From NCBI GenBank assembly GCA_033442325.1, contig JAWQFM010000024.1, forward strand, positions 1,140,490-1,174,306: DNA of 33,817 nt, written 5' to 3'. Within the stretch, counting starts at the first letter, position 1. Each line of letters begins with the position of its first letter. The notes under the pieces were generated by a model. That model was given only the letters and a program-made list of their open reading frames with translations. It searched no databases and had not been told where the DNA came from. The position numbers and the translations under genes are program-made. Source of the DNA: Salpingoeca rosetta. Lineage: Eukaryota; Protista; Choanoflagellata. Positions 10,758-23,800 of the stretch are shown piece by piece.

Positions 10758-12916
10758 GCACGCACGCACAAAGAAACAACGTGAGTGTATGTGTTGGACA
10801 AGGTGCACTGTTCAGAGATGAGAGAGCAACAAGACAAAGAGAGGGAGTGGGAGAGAGTCGTGGGTTACCTGAAGACGGTAGTGGTGTCGGAGAAGATGGA
10901 GAGAACAGGAGAGGTCGACAGGTCGATCCGCGGTGCCGATAACGAGAACAGCGTGAATGTCACGAGAAATCCGCCAAAGATGCCCAGCTCCCTGCACACA
11001 CATAACGCAGCATATTCGTCACATCATGCGTGCGTGTGTGTGTTTGGGTCAAAATGAGCAGCGAGAGGCAGAGGGGTGCATAGGTGACAGGGGTGCACAG
11101 AGCAGCGAACACAGGACACAAGAACAGGAAACAACAATCATAGTAATAAAACAACAAAAGCAGCCGGTGTTGGTGGTGGTGACAGACCGCATGAAGAGGG
11201 AGCGTGCGTACGCCTGCCACTTGTAGTCCAACACCATCTTCAGCAGCGGATTGCCGAACAGCTGCAGCGGAGTACAATACCACACACAAGGAGCAAGCAC
11301 GTATGAGCAGTGAGAACATTGGTGGGCAAAGCAGCGTGCGCGCGCGCATGTGTGTAACAGAGAGTAAGAAGGACAGCGCGTGCATGTGGGACAGCGCGTG
11401 CATGTGTGTGTGTGTGTGCGTGTGCATGTGTGTGCATGTGTGTACCTGAGCGTTTCCTGTGCGCACGAATCTATGGAGAACGGTGTCCTTCAGACAGGAG
11501 ACGGGATCTGCCGAGGCCGATGTGCGGATCAGGCCGGCAAAGTTTGGGATGCTGATGGTGATGGTGGTGCATGGTTGATGTGTGGTTGATGGTGGCGAGG
11601 AGGAGGAGGGTGAGAAGCAATAGGTGTGAGCAACAGAAGGCTGATGGGGTGATGGGGTGATGGGAGCGTGTGCATGTGCATTGGTGGCGTGGCGTGATGA
11701 CGATGGAGGGAGGGCGCACCTCAGGTACTTGGCCTGAAACCGGACCACTTTGCCAACATCCTTCTCGCCCAAGCGATCTGTTGATGCACACGACGAGGTT
11801 GTTGGTGAAAGGTGCGGTGAATGAATCAAACAATTCCCATGAATGGACACATTCGCACACATGCACATACGCACACATGTACAATTACACTCATGCACAA
11901 TGAACAACAAGAGCACTGCCAGGCTGGCAGGTCGGCGAGAAGGTGTGCGTGCGTACCTTCTTCGTAGAGGTTGTTCCAGTGCGCCTCTGGCAGACGGATA
12001 GCCGACGGCATGATCACAGTCCGTGGCGATCGCAGGGACAGCTGGTCCCCCTTCAACTGTAACATCAGGACAACGAGAAGACGGGGGGGGGTAAGGTGTG
12101 TTGACATGTGTGCTCATGCGTGGACATGTCTCTCTCTCTCACACTCTCGCACGCGTGCATGTGTGTGAGCGCATGCATGATTGCAGCGTGTGCGCACCAC
12201 GCCTGGGGCGTCGTCGAGGCCAAACTGCTTGAGGAAGAGGGCGAGCAGGTCGTCCATCTCGTCCGCCAGCTGCAGCAGCGTGCGCAGGAACCGGTCCCGA
12301 CGCGACGGCACCCGGCTCAGCTGCCCGCTCTGCCCCGTGCACCGCGATTGCGGATGGCGGAGGTGGTGATGATGATGATGAGGTGGACATGGCGGCGCGA
12401 TGGTGGTGAGGAGAACGAACACAACAGAAGCACATGTGTGGAGATGTGTGTGCAAGTGGTTGTGAACGCGACCAAAGGCGCGTTGCGAGCATGGTGTGCT
12501 CACCTCCTTGGCGCTGATGATGCAGTCGAGAATCAACTTCACGCACGACCTGCAGAGAACGAGTTTGAGAGTGACGAATGCACGCGCGTGAGAGCCAACG
12601 CTTGAGGCACAACGTCGTGCATTGAATCAAACAGCGCATGCTATTACGCACAAACAATCACACACAAGCACCACAGTGCACGCGTACACACGAACACGCG
12701 CACATACAAACAGCCGCGTGCACACCTTGATTTGTTTGAAACGGCGAGGTGAAGGATGTCTGCACCGTCAGCGTTGACGGGGAGCCAAAACTCGGGCAAC
12801 TTGGCAGACAGCAGGATGTTGAGCAATGTGTCATTTTCTTGCATCACGGCATAGTGGCACAGCGTGTTCCCACGTCGATCCTCGCTGCACAAAACCGCAC
12901 ACGAACGTGTGTGCGT

Positions 12917-12973
<57 letters not shown>

Positions 12974-13271
12974 TGAGAATGTGTGTGGGTGAATGTGTAA
13001 GTTCATGTCTGTGTCTCTTCAGCAACGCTCCTCCCCAAAATAGACCGCCTGCGTGTCACTGCTGCGCACCTGTGCACGACGAGCGGGTATCGCTTGACGA
13101 CAGCAGACATCATGGTGTAGTCGCCGGTCGCCTTTGCCCGCTCAGCGATCATCTGCGCTTCTCGGAACAGCGGCTGCACACACACGCGCACGCACATGTG
13201 AGGTGATGTGTGCATGATGAAGGCGAGGTAAACAACAGCAGCAGGCGGGAATGCTGTACTGCACAGCAACG

Positions 13272-13302
<31 letters not shown>

Positions 13303-13723
13303 GCACGCACGCACGCGCGCGACAGATAAGCAGCGGCGCGTTCCTGCACGCCACCTGCTGGTTTGTGAAGCTGAGGTCGATGAAGCAGATGCGGCTGTCA
13401 CTGCAGCCCACGGCAATGAGCTGTCATCACACGTCGCGTTGCATCCAAGTAGTGCATGGACGGGTGAGCGTACACAGCAGGCACAGCAAACAAACGACAA
13501 GGGGAGGGACGGAGAGATAGAGAGAGAGTGTGTGTGGGTATGCGTGCAGCACTTGTGTGTGTGCAACATATGCACACATAACATGGTGCAAGCGACACGT
13601 CCTGCCTCCTCAGACCTGGGCGAATCGCGACTCCGTCGGCGCTGCGTCGACACAGAGAGCGCCCGACGGCAGCTCAACGAAACGCACATTCCGGTCCTCC
13701 ACGTTTTCGTCCACTGGTGATCG

Positions 13724-13758
<35 letters not shown>

Positions 13759-14470
13759 GCGAGGAGGAGGAGGAGGAGGAAGAGGAGGAGGAGGAGGAGG
13801 AGGAGGAGGAGGAGGAGGAGGAGGAGGAGGAGGAGGAGGAGAAATAACATGAGCAGGAGCTATAAACCGTGCGCGCGTGTGTGTGTGTGTGTGTCCGTGC
13901 ACTGACTTGGAATGACGCGGCAGGTGCCGTCAAGGGAAACAGAGACGACCTCATCCTTGGGAGTGAAGCAGACACCCTGACGACACAACAGTGGACAGTG
14001 CATGAGATCACGTGACTTCACGAGGACGAAAGTTCGCCTCCACTACCACCACCACCATCACCATCACCGCTGCTGCTGCTTCTGCCTTCAGAAGCACTGC
14101 AACAACACCAACACATCACACCCGAAACAACACCAACATACGACACGTGCGACCGCTGCCACAGTCACCAGCACATACACGATACCTTCACGTGGTCGAC
14201 GTGGCCGACCATCTTGGCGATGACCTGCCCCGTCTCCACATCGACGATGCGAACCGTCTTGTCACGCGACCCCGTGGCGAGATACGAGCTGTCCGCACTG
14301 AACCGCACAGAGTACACCTGCCACCAGCCGTCGTGGGGAGTTGAGGTTCGGGTGGAGGTTGACACGTAGGTGGTTCGTGCTGTGAGCATGTAATGCCGTA
14401 CAACAAGCGAAAAAAAAATGCTTCTTTGTAGCGACCCAGCAAATACACGGCATGCGCAAACAAAGCACAG

Positions 14471-14543
<73 letters not shown>

Positions 14544-14915
14544 CACACACACACACACATACACACACACACAAACACACACACACACGCACACACACAC
14601 ACACACGCGCACACACACACACACGCACACACACGCACACACACACACACACCCACACACACACACATACACACACACCTCCTTGTCGTGGCCTGTGACG
14701 ACAAAGCGGACCGCTTCCTCAACAATTCCGTCGTTCAAGTACTCGTTCACTGGTGGTGATGGTGGTGGTGGTGATGGTGGTGGTGGTGATGGTGTTAATG
14801 TGTCAAGAGGACACGCACTTCCATTACACTTGCAACAGATTGCGCCAACGCACAACCACACAAAGATTCACAACCACATCAAACACAACGAGAACATGAA
14901 ACACAACGAGCATGT

Positions 14916-14986
<71 letters not shown>

Positions 14987-15858
14987 CAAACACGTCAGTC
15001 GAACACGATCATGACCAGCCGCTGACCTGCGTCTGCGACGTCGAGAACAACGGTGCTCTTGTTGTGGCACGCCACCGCAATGAGCACAGACCCGTTGCGC
15101 ATTCCTGCCGATGCATCGCCGGCGTCGTCATCATCGTTGCCGGCGGGGCGGTCGCTGCTGTCGTTGGCGCTGGCAGCGTCTGCACCGTGGCGCTCGAGAA
15201 ACCCAAAGTCAATTGCACTCACGGGCGCATCGCACACTTGGTGGTGGCACACCTTGTGGTTTTTTTTTTTTGGGGGGGGGATGGAAGGGTTTGGTGTGTG
15301 CAACGAAGGGTGGGTGGGCAAATGTGAAATACAGCGATGAATGCTTCGGAGACATGCTCATGGATGGGCGCGCAGGAAGACAGTCACACATACAGACGCA
15401 CAGACACACACACACACACATGTAGACACACAGTAGACACACGTACACACACGCATGTAGACACACATACACACACACATGTAGACACACGTACACACAC
15501 ACATGTAGACACACATACACACAGACACACACGCACAGACACGCACACGGACAAACAGACACGCACACGGACAAACAGACGCACGAGGTTGTTTGTTTCG
15601 TCGAAGATGAAGAGGCAGCCCGCCACGTTTGCACACGCCAGCCAGCGCCCACAGGCCGATAGTGCCGTGCATGTCAAGGGCGTCTGGCGCGTGGTTGAGA
15701 ATGGCCATGGTTACATTGTGACGTGAGAACCACAATGATGGGCGTGGGGCAAGAAACCGTGTGATATGTAACCCTTTCTCAAATGCTTCTCCTGCTTCTT
15801 CACAAGCACACATGTGTACACACACACACACGTGGACACATACACACACACACACATA

Positions 15859-15891
<33 letters not shown>

Positions 15892-17324
15892 CACCGCCAT
15901 CACCACATATCAATCACGACCACCACCAGTGGCGCACCTTGCTGACGTGCACGGTGGCGACCTCGTCGTTCGGGTTGGCGGAGTCGAAGACGACGAGAGA
16001 GCCGTCCTCAGATGCAGAAGCAACGTGGCCCGATGGCGCCGTTGCAATGCTGCTCACGGGTTTGGTGTGCAGCCGCAGCACAGCCTCCTCCTGCACAGGC
16101 CGACAGTTGTTGGCACACGTGGATGGCACACGGCAGGGGAGAGACAGGTTGCATGGTGTGTTGTGTGAGAGAGTGTGTGTGCGTGTGCGTGTAGGAGAGC
16201 GAGTGAATGTGCAAGTGTGACTATGAGTGTGTGACGCCGTGGAGGTGTGCAGGGTGCGAGGTATTGTCTCAAAAGTGCGGCTGCGTAAAAGAGCCCCCTT
16301 GCCCATTTTCCCTCCTCCATTCGCCCCTTGGCTAAGCGCTTGATGATACGAGTAGCAGAAGTAGCAGCGCACCTGGAAGGTGGTGATGTCATGCATGGAC
16401 ACGACGCCGTTCTTGCCGCCCGAGAACATCTTCTCGCCATCCTTGCTGAAGCAGAGCGCCGTCACGGGCGACGTCAACTTCATCGTCATCAGCATGTCCG
16501 AGCTCCGGTCGTGGAAGATGTTGAAGATGTTCAGATGCAGCACAGGGCCTGATATGTGGGTGGAGGGGTGTGGATGTCAGCGACAACAACACAAAACAAA
16601 ACGTATGCACACTCGCACGCACACACATGTGCACACACACACACACATGTGCACACACACACACACACGCACGCACGCACGCACGCACACACGCATGTGC
16701 ATAGAGGTGTTCACTGCACATACAGGTTGCTCACAACATCAATACTCCATCCCCTCCTCCGTCTTCCTCATCACAATCCCCCACACGCCCAACGCACCGC
16801 TGGACTTGTCCTGGGCTGCGGTGACAAACTGGTACCCGTCTGTGGACTGCGCCATCATCACTGTCCATCCAATCCGCCGAATTGGCAGCAGCGGCTGGCC
16901 GGTCGCGACATCATAAAAATACAGCTGCCCGTCCTTGCCGCCAGTGAGGATTCGACGCCCATCTGGGACGTAATGGGGATGTGTAAGGGAGGGTGAGAGG
17001 GAGTGAGCGGGAAGGGGAGGGGGGGAGGGAGCGGGAGGGAGGGTGAGAGAGAGAGAGAGACGGTCGAATGCAGTGGGTGGTGATGTACAGGGATGCGCAT
17101 GAGGGAGGAGAAGGGTTGCCAGTTGCATTGACATTGATGGCGACAAAGGAGGAGCAATGAAACTTGACACGAAGACGAACATCATGGGTTGTGCACCTGG
17201 CGTGAACATGACGGCGCGCACGTAGTCCTTGTGGCCCTCGAGCGTTTGCTTCACCCGCTGGAGCTTCAGATCAATCAGCACCGTCTGCGCATTCAAACAC
17301 ACAACCAGAGGGGCACACGTGAGA

Positions 17325-17404
<80 letters not shown>

Positions 17405-18094
17405 CTGTGTGTGTGTGTATCGTACGAGTCGACTCTGCCATCTTTGCCTTCATGTTGCAGGCGTGCATGCGTGCATTTGACTCGCCTTGTTGTTGTCTGC
17501 GCCGACAGCGAGGCGAGAGCCGTCTGGCGAAAACACAACGGCGTAGCAGCGCCCCTCCTGTGATTCATATCCACATGTCCACGCGCATGGGTGAGACGAT
17601 GGTGCAGTGCATCGGAAACATCCACGACGGGCATTGTGGCCGCGACGTGTGCGACCAACAACATGATATCATGGTGTGGTGCTCGCGCTGGACTCACGGC
17701 GTTGTGTTCGAGTTCCAATGAGGGGTCCGAGCGGGAGAGGTCAAACACGCGCGCGTGCTTGTCTTTGCTGCCCGTGACAAGGAAGCGGCCTGCAGTGGGT
17801 TGCACACAGCAGAAGCAGACAGTGAAGGCGAGCAGTGGGTTGCACACAGCAGAAGCAGACAGTGAAGGCGAGCAGCGAGGAGAACACGTGAGAGGACACG
17901 CAGCGCGCACGCGTGTACGGGAACAGCAGGTGTGCTCACCTGTGGGGTGAAAGTCCATGCCGACGATGATGTCGTGATGGAAGTTTGCGATGCGGTGAAC
18001 CAGCACCCCAGTTCGCACATCATACACCCTGGCGGAGTGTGTTTTGGGGGTTGGGGGATGGGAAGGTGGGTGATGATGAGTTGTGAGTGGTGAC

Positions 18095-18125
<31 letters not shown>

Positions 18126-18142
18126 AGCGTGTGTGTGTGTGT

Positions 18143-18205
<63 letters not shown>

Positions 18206-18582
18206 GAGGGTGGGGATGGAAAGGACAGGGAGTTGTGACTTGTGAGAGGAAGAGGGACAAATGAACGCGTGTTGCCCATCAACATGTGTGCGTGTGTGCC
18301 GCCGCTCGATACATGTGCGCGCGTGCAACGGACCTTGCGACGCGGTCTTCGCCACCCGCGGCGACGAGAGCGTCATCACGCGACCAGACGATGACGCGCA
18401 GCGTGCACTTCTTTCCTTCCATCAACGGCACCACTGAATTGCATGCATGCACGCAAGCACATGTTTTGTGAGTGGGTCAGCGGGCACGGAGTGAGGAGAT
18501 GAAGGGGGTGTAAAGGGGCGAGGGAAGGAAGATTGTTGTGGAGCGGGGGAGGAGGGAGTAGACACACAAGCAATCACACACA

Positions 18583-18632
<50 letters not shown>

Positions 18633-18763
18633 GCGCACCGTTGATGGAGAGCTTGGCGTCGAACCCGTTGAACTCAGCGCCGTGATCAAAGATGAGAAGC
18701 CGTTTCTTCGTCGTGTACACCGCAATCATGCTGTGGCGCGCAATGTGGTGATTGCGCGCGCGC

Positions 18764-18814
<51 letters not shown>

Positions 18815-20126
18815 CGTGTGTGTGTGTGTGCGTGTGTGTGTTGGGGATTGTGATCAAATGAAGGTCGTGGTGAGGAAGGCAATGACAGGAAGCAGGGAGA
18901 GAGAGACAGACAGACAGACACACAGACACACAGACAAACACACACACACACAGAGACAAACAGACAGACACACACAGGTACACAGACACACAGACAGAGA
19001 GACAAATAGACAGACACACAGACACACACACAGACACACAGACAGACATACAGACAAACACAGACACACAGACAGACACACAGACACATGACGAGAGTCA
19101 CGCACTTTGCGTGATGCGCGAATGCGGCGGATTTGATGATGGACGTCTCCACTGCTTCGATGAACGTGTCATATTGGATCTTTGACGTGCAGGCCGCCGT
19201 GAGAAGGCAGAGGTGAGTGAGCAAGGAAAGGGCGTGCACACATGACAGCAATCCAGCGAGCTGCTAAAACAGGAGGATTCGGCCTCACAGAACGCGACCA
19301 CACCCACACAACCAACTTCGGAAAGCCCAAGAACGCAGCACACGTGCAATGCGTGCAGTACACACACACACACACACACACAGACACACACAGACACACA
19401 TACACACAGACACAGACACACACACACACAGACACACACACAGACACACACACACACACAGACACACATACACACGCGCACGCACACACACACATACACA
19501 GACCACAGACACACATACACACATACACATACACACACACCTTGCCGGATCCTTTGTCAATGAGAATGATCTGGCCATCCTCGTGCAAGACGGCAATACC
19601 ACACACGTCACTGTCGAAGATGCGCACTGCCACAATGTTCTATCGAGAGTAGAGAAGAACATGACACCATGATAAGTGAGGGGTGGTGTCTCAACCAACC
19701 AGCGATTGATCAGAGGTAAGTTTGCAGTGCCAAGAATTCAGCTAACACAGCACTTGCAAGCATCACACACACGCATACACACATACACACGTACACACAC
19801 ATACACACACACGTACATACACACATACACACACCTTGGCTCTTGAGATAACTTGGCGGAACATGCGCCTGCGCCCAACGCTCTGGAAGGCTTCGGCCAC
19901 CTATGAATGCGATTGATCGATCATGTTGTTGTTGTCAGATGAGGTGAGCAGGTGCGATCGCCAGTCGCGCGATGAGAGCCGCGCAATCCAGCGCAGCAAC
20001 AGCCGCAGCAGCAGCAGCCGCAGCAGCAACAGGACGAACCTTGAACTTGTTGGCCGTCGAGATCCAGCGGCCCCGGCCTCCCGGTTTGTCACGACGGGAG
20101 GAGGAGGAGATGGATGAAGAGGACAT
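5825..20126 (-). CDS. WD40-repeat and ankyrin-repeat TRP-type 6TM cation channel (43 exons, about 1791 aa)
   Basis: Phase-consistent exons in transcript order: 20126-20040, 19900-19835, 19639-19541, 19179-19106, 18730-18639, 18433-18334, 18028-17940, 17789-17698, 17557-17486, 17284-17197, 16962-16798, 16548-16373, 16090-15938, 15683-15585, 15252-15027, 14749-14679, 14317-14186, 13976-13907, 13713-13616, 13420-13355, 13173-13070, 12884-12726, 12549-12504, 12329-12198, 12056-11957, 11777-11720, 11551-11446, 11261-11188, 10991-10869, 10659-10562, 10381-10167, 9948-9844, 9617-9535, 9278-9149, 8954-8886, 8712-8628, 8419-8340, 8214-8148, 7943-7870, 7745-7658, 7487-7388, 7174-7096, 6910-5825 (total 5376 nt). 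WD40 blades include [31 protein letters not shown] and [31 protein letters not shown]. Ankyrin motifs GNTLCHYAV and GADILHLAV. Pre-S1 LDYKWQAY, S3 DGWNLL, S4 and linker [21 protein letters not shown], pore [13 protein letters not shown]6 [18 protein letters not shown]-helix-like [10 protein letters not shown], then a coiled coil. Exons 1-2 and a few acceptors are less certain. Confidence 0.88.
13722..13841. repeat. (GAT)n-(GAG)n trinucleotide tract, intronic, next to the acceptor at 13714
   Basis: About 12 GAT followed by about 27 GAG/GAA; reads as a CTC/CAT pyrimidine-rich tract on the sense (-) strand. Confidence 0.9.
17792..17875. repeat. Exact 40-bp tandem duplication at an intron 3' end
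   Basis: gcagtgggttgcacacagcagaagcagacagtgaaggcga x2, abutting the acceptor at 17790-17791. Confidence 0.9.
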
Positions 20127-20628
20127 GTGGAACGGTGAGGACCACGATCGTGATCGTGGTCGGGAAGGGTAACGGGGTTGGTTGAGGTGTTGTGTTCGGG
20201 CCCCGCTGGAACCCGAGTGGTGGTTGGCGGGGTTGCCGAGAGGATGGGGTTGATACGGCAAGGTGGGGAAGAAGTAGGGGAGAATTAGACGAGGAGGGAA
20301 GAGGGGCAGGGGGTGTTGTATGCGACGACAATGTCGATGTCGGTGGCAGTGGTTGTTGCCGGTTGCGAGTTTTCCACACACAATCAATTTTTTGCGCGCA
20401 AAACGCAAGGAGGAAGATGGATGAAGAGAGAAGAGGAGAGGTGTTGTGAGACTGACATCGTGCATGACATCGCACGCACACACACACACACACACGCACA
20501 CATACACACACATACACACACGTGCTCGTTCACACGTCACACGGTCGCTTGCACACTGAATGTTGTTGCTCTTCGGTTTGTTCAGGGGCACATGCACGCA
20601 GCACACGGGATAAATAAAAGACCACACG

Positions 20629-20733
20629 AAGAAGAAGAACAAGAACAAGAACAAGAACAAGAAGAACAAGAAGAAGAACAAGAACAAGAACAAGAACAAG
20701 AAGAACAAGAACAAGAACAAGAACAAGAAGAAG
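20629..20733. repeat. (GAACAA)n/(GAA)n simple repeat between genes 3 and 4
   Basis: Read directly; lies between the gene 4 stop (20933) and the TRP start (20126). Confidence 0.9.
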
Positions 20734-20843
20734 AGGACCAACGCCCAGGCCAAAGCAGCAGTTGTGATGCTCGCACGACAATAGATAACATCCATGTGGG
20801 CAGAACGCGTGGAGGAAGGAGGGCGGGAGGGAGGCAGCGCATG

Positions 20844-20930
<87 letters not shown>

Positions 20931-20932
20931 GA

Positions 20933-21336
20933 TCAAGACCATCCCTCGCTGTAGTTGTCATAGCTGTCGTCGTCATCATCGTCTGAGCTCACGGGGATCA
21001 AAAACGATGAGAGGGGTTGCACCGGTGCTCGCTCGTTGTCGGGTGTACGCCGGGGGCTGGCCTCCTGCTGGTGTCGCTCCTCATCGGCTCCCTCGTTGGC
21101 ATACGAGTAGTCGTTGTCTTCGTCGCGGTACGCAAACACAATGTCGTCGTCATCATCGTCGTCGTACGGAAGTGGTGGGGCCTGGTTGAAATCGTAATCA
21201 CTCGCGTCATCCTCGTCATCCTCGTCATCCTCGTCATCCTCGTCATCATCGTCGTCATCGTCGTCGTCATTCCAGTCAGCGCCCCAGCTAGACACGGGGT
21301 CTGTGCTACCCTCCTCCTCCTCGCCATCATCATCAC

Positions 21337-21374
<38 letters not shown>

Positions 21375-21754
21375 ACAACAACAACACTGGTGTGTTGCTC
21401 CAGTTCATCCTCCTTGTCATGCGCCTCATCATCGTCAGGCCCTCCGTTTGTGCCCAGTTCCCCGTACACGGCCTGCCACCGCTCCTGCGCCTCCTGCATG
21501 TGCTGGTGGAACTCGTCCTCCGGCTCCGGGTATCCGCGTGCCCGCGCCATCACGCCCATGCTCCCGTCCCACGCGTCTGCAGCGCGCTTCTTCTGCAGCA
21601 GCACCCGCTTCAGGTTCCTGCCATGCGTGTGCATGTGTGTGTGTGTGTGACGGACACAGATTGGCAAAGGTGTTCGCAAGAGGGCTAAACTACAAAGCAA
21701 ACCCGACACACACACACACGCACACACACACACACGCACACACACACACACACA

Positions 21755-21802
<48 letters not shown>

Positions 21803-23553
21803 ATCACGCACACACACACACACAAACACGCACACACACAAACACGCACACACACACACACAAACACGCACAAACACGCACACACACACAAACACGCACA
21901 CACACGCACACGCACAAACACGCACACACACACAAACACGCACACACACAAACACGCACACGCGCGCGCATACTCATAACACACAGCACACGCTTACAGG
22001 ATCTCTTGATGGCGCCTGATTTCGTCGCACTTCTCATCAATGGGCTTGCGACGGGCAAGGCCTGCCGCCTGTGTGTGCTCGGGCGTTTCCCACAGCACAA
22101 CTGCGCGCGGCACAAACGTCACGGAGCGGCTGCGCGGCACACCTTCCGAGGACGGTGCGGGCGACAGGCCCGGGTTGCTTGGCGCTCGGTCGAGCGTGGA
22201 CGACAGGCAGGGCTTGATGCGGGGCTCGGCCGAGTCGTCGTCCTCAATCACCGGCGGCGTGCACGGTTGCGGCACTGCACCATGCACAATGGCACGGGGG
22301 CAGCCACGGGCATTGGGTGTGCTGGCTGTGTCGAGGCAAGCTACAACACCGCCCTGCTCCTCTGCACCTGGATCGCCATCGTCATCAGCGTGTTCGGGTT
22401 CATGATGGTGGGCAGGCTGGCTGCTGACGGGAGAGACACCGGGTCTTGTTGTGTCGTCAGCAGGCAAGGCGGCGTTCTTGCTTGGGGGGATGATGGCGGC
22501 GCTGTCGGGAGCGTGGGGGTTCTTGTCGCCATGTGCGCTCTTGTGCCGTTGGTTCTCTCTGGTCCTGCTGTTCTTGCCCTTGTTCTTGCTCTTGTTCCTG
22601 TTCTTGTTCTTGCTCTGCTTCTTGTTGCTCTTCTTGGTGCTGGTGCTTGACGTGCCTGTTGCGGATGAGGCGTTCGCGGCGTCCGGTGGTGCATCGTGGC
22701 TGCTGTGTGGGTTGAACTGCACCTCGTCCGTGGACACAATGTCGCTGGACAGGGCGGGCAGCGCCGTGGCAGACAGGCACGCACCAATGAGGGCGCGATC
22801 GCTGTCGTCAAACTCGTCGTTGTCGAGGAGGAGGGAGCTGTGACGGGCGCTTAAGGGCGCACCAGCGTCCACACTGTCCACTTGCCTTGCCAGCCCATCC
22901 ACACGGCCTTGGACGTCCTCGTCGTCGCTGATGCCGTTGTGGTCGGTGTTGTCATGGTGGGTTCCTGCTGCGGCGTTTGGTGGTGGTGGTGGTGGTTGTG
23001 GCTGTTGTAGTTGTTGTGACAATTTGGCAACATCGGCAGCAACAACCGCGAACCCCTTTTCTTGCTGTTTTTGGTGGAGGGGTGTTTCCGCACCTTGCAG
23101 CCGAACGCTATTGCTGCTTCCTGTCCTGCTGCCCGTGCTGGTGGAAGGGGGCGAAGGCCCTCCGTCGCTGCTGCTGCTACCGCTACCGCTCTGGCTGCTT
23201 GCTGCGCGACTGCTGCAGGTGTCGTTGGTGTTATTGCTGCTGTTGCTGGCACTGAAACCGGCTTTCATGACTGCAGAGCGCTGAGGAGGAGGAGGAGGGG
23301 TTGAACCTTTCGCTTCAGCGAGGGGGCCTTGAGGTTCCATGGTGACGGCGGCTGAGGTGATGACGGCACGAAGATGTTGTTGTTGATGTTGATGATACAC
23401 GCGTTGTGATTGAGGAGCTGTGCTATCATTCTCAGCAAACCGCGGCTCAGCGAAAGATGGTGCTTCTTGCTGTTGATCTCGCTCGTGCTGCCACTGCTGC
23501 CGCTGGTCCTGCTGCTGGTCCTGCTGCTGCTGCACTCTGTTGTTGTCGTCCAT
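20933..23553 (-). CDS. Low-complexity acidic protein with RVxF PP1-docking motif and PPP1R15 (GADD34/CReP/DP71L)-like segment (2 exons, about 746 aa)
   Basis: Exon 1 is 23553-21998 (donor CT|GTAAGC) and exon 2 is 21617-20933 (acceptor ggcAG), joined in phase 2. The only ordered-looking part spans the junction: RSRSVTFVPRAVVLWETPEHTQAAGLARRKPIDEKCDEIRRHQEILNLKRVLLQKKR. The gene structure is fairly solid; the family call is tentative. Confidence 0.65.
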
Positions 23554-23800
23554 TCACGTTGGTGGTGTTGATGGCGATGAGGTGGGTGGTGATGATGGCT
23601 TGGATGGCTTGGCGTTTGCGATGTGTCTTCTTGTCTTGGCGTCGACGACAGGGCGACAGGCAAAGGCGTGGTGAGAGGCGAATGTCCCGGTGCGAGGGGT
23701 GTGTGGGCGTTGCGCGGCGAGTCGATGGGTTGCGAGGGTGGGACGTGGCGAAGGTGTAAATGGGACCATCCGGTGCACCGTTGCCTCACCGATTGGGTGG

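Noticed and set aside
14165-15327. Poly-(VC) and poly-(HT) ORFs here and throughout the window
   Set aside because: Translations of (GT)n/(CA)n intronic microsatellites.
20313-20954. ORF with an EQEQEQ repeat and an antisense FLFLFL TM-like ORF
   Set aside because: Both come from the (GAACAA)n repeat; no ATG or splice context, and they run into (CA)n.
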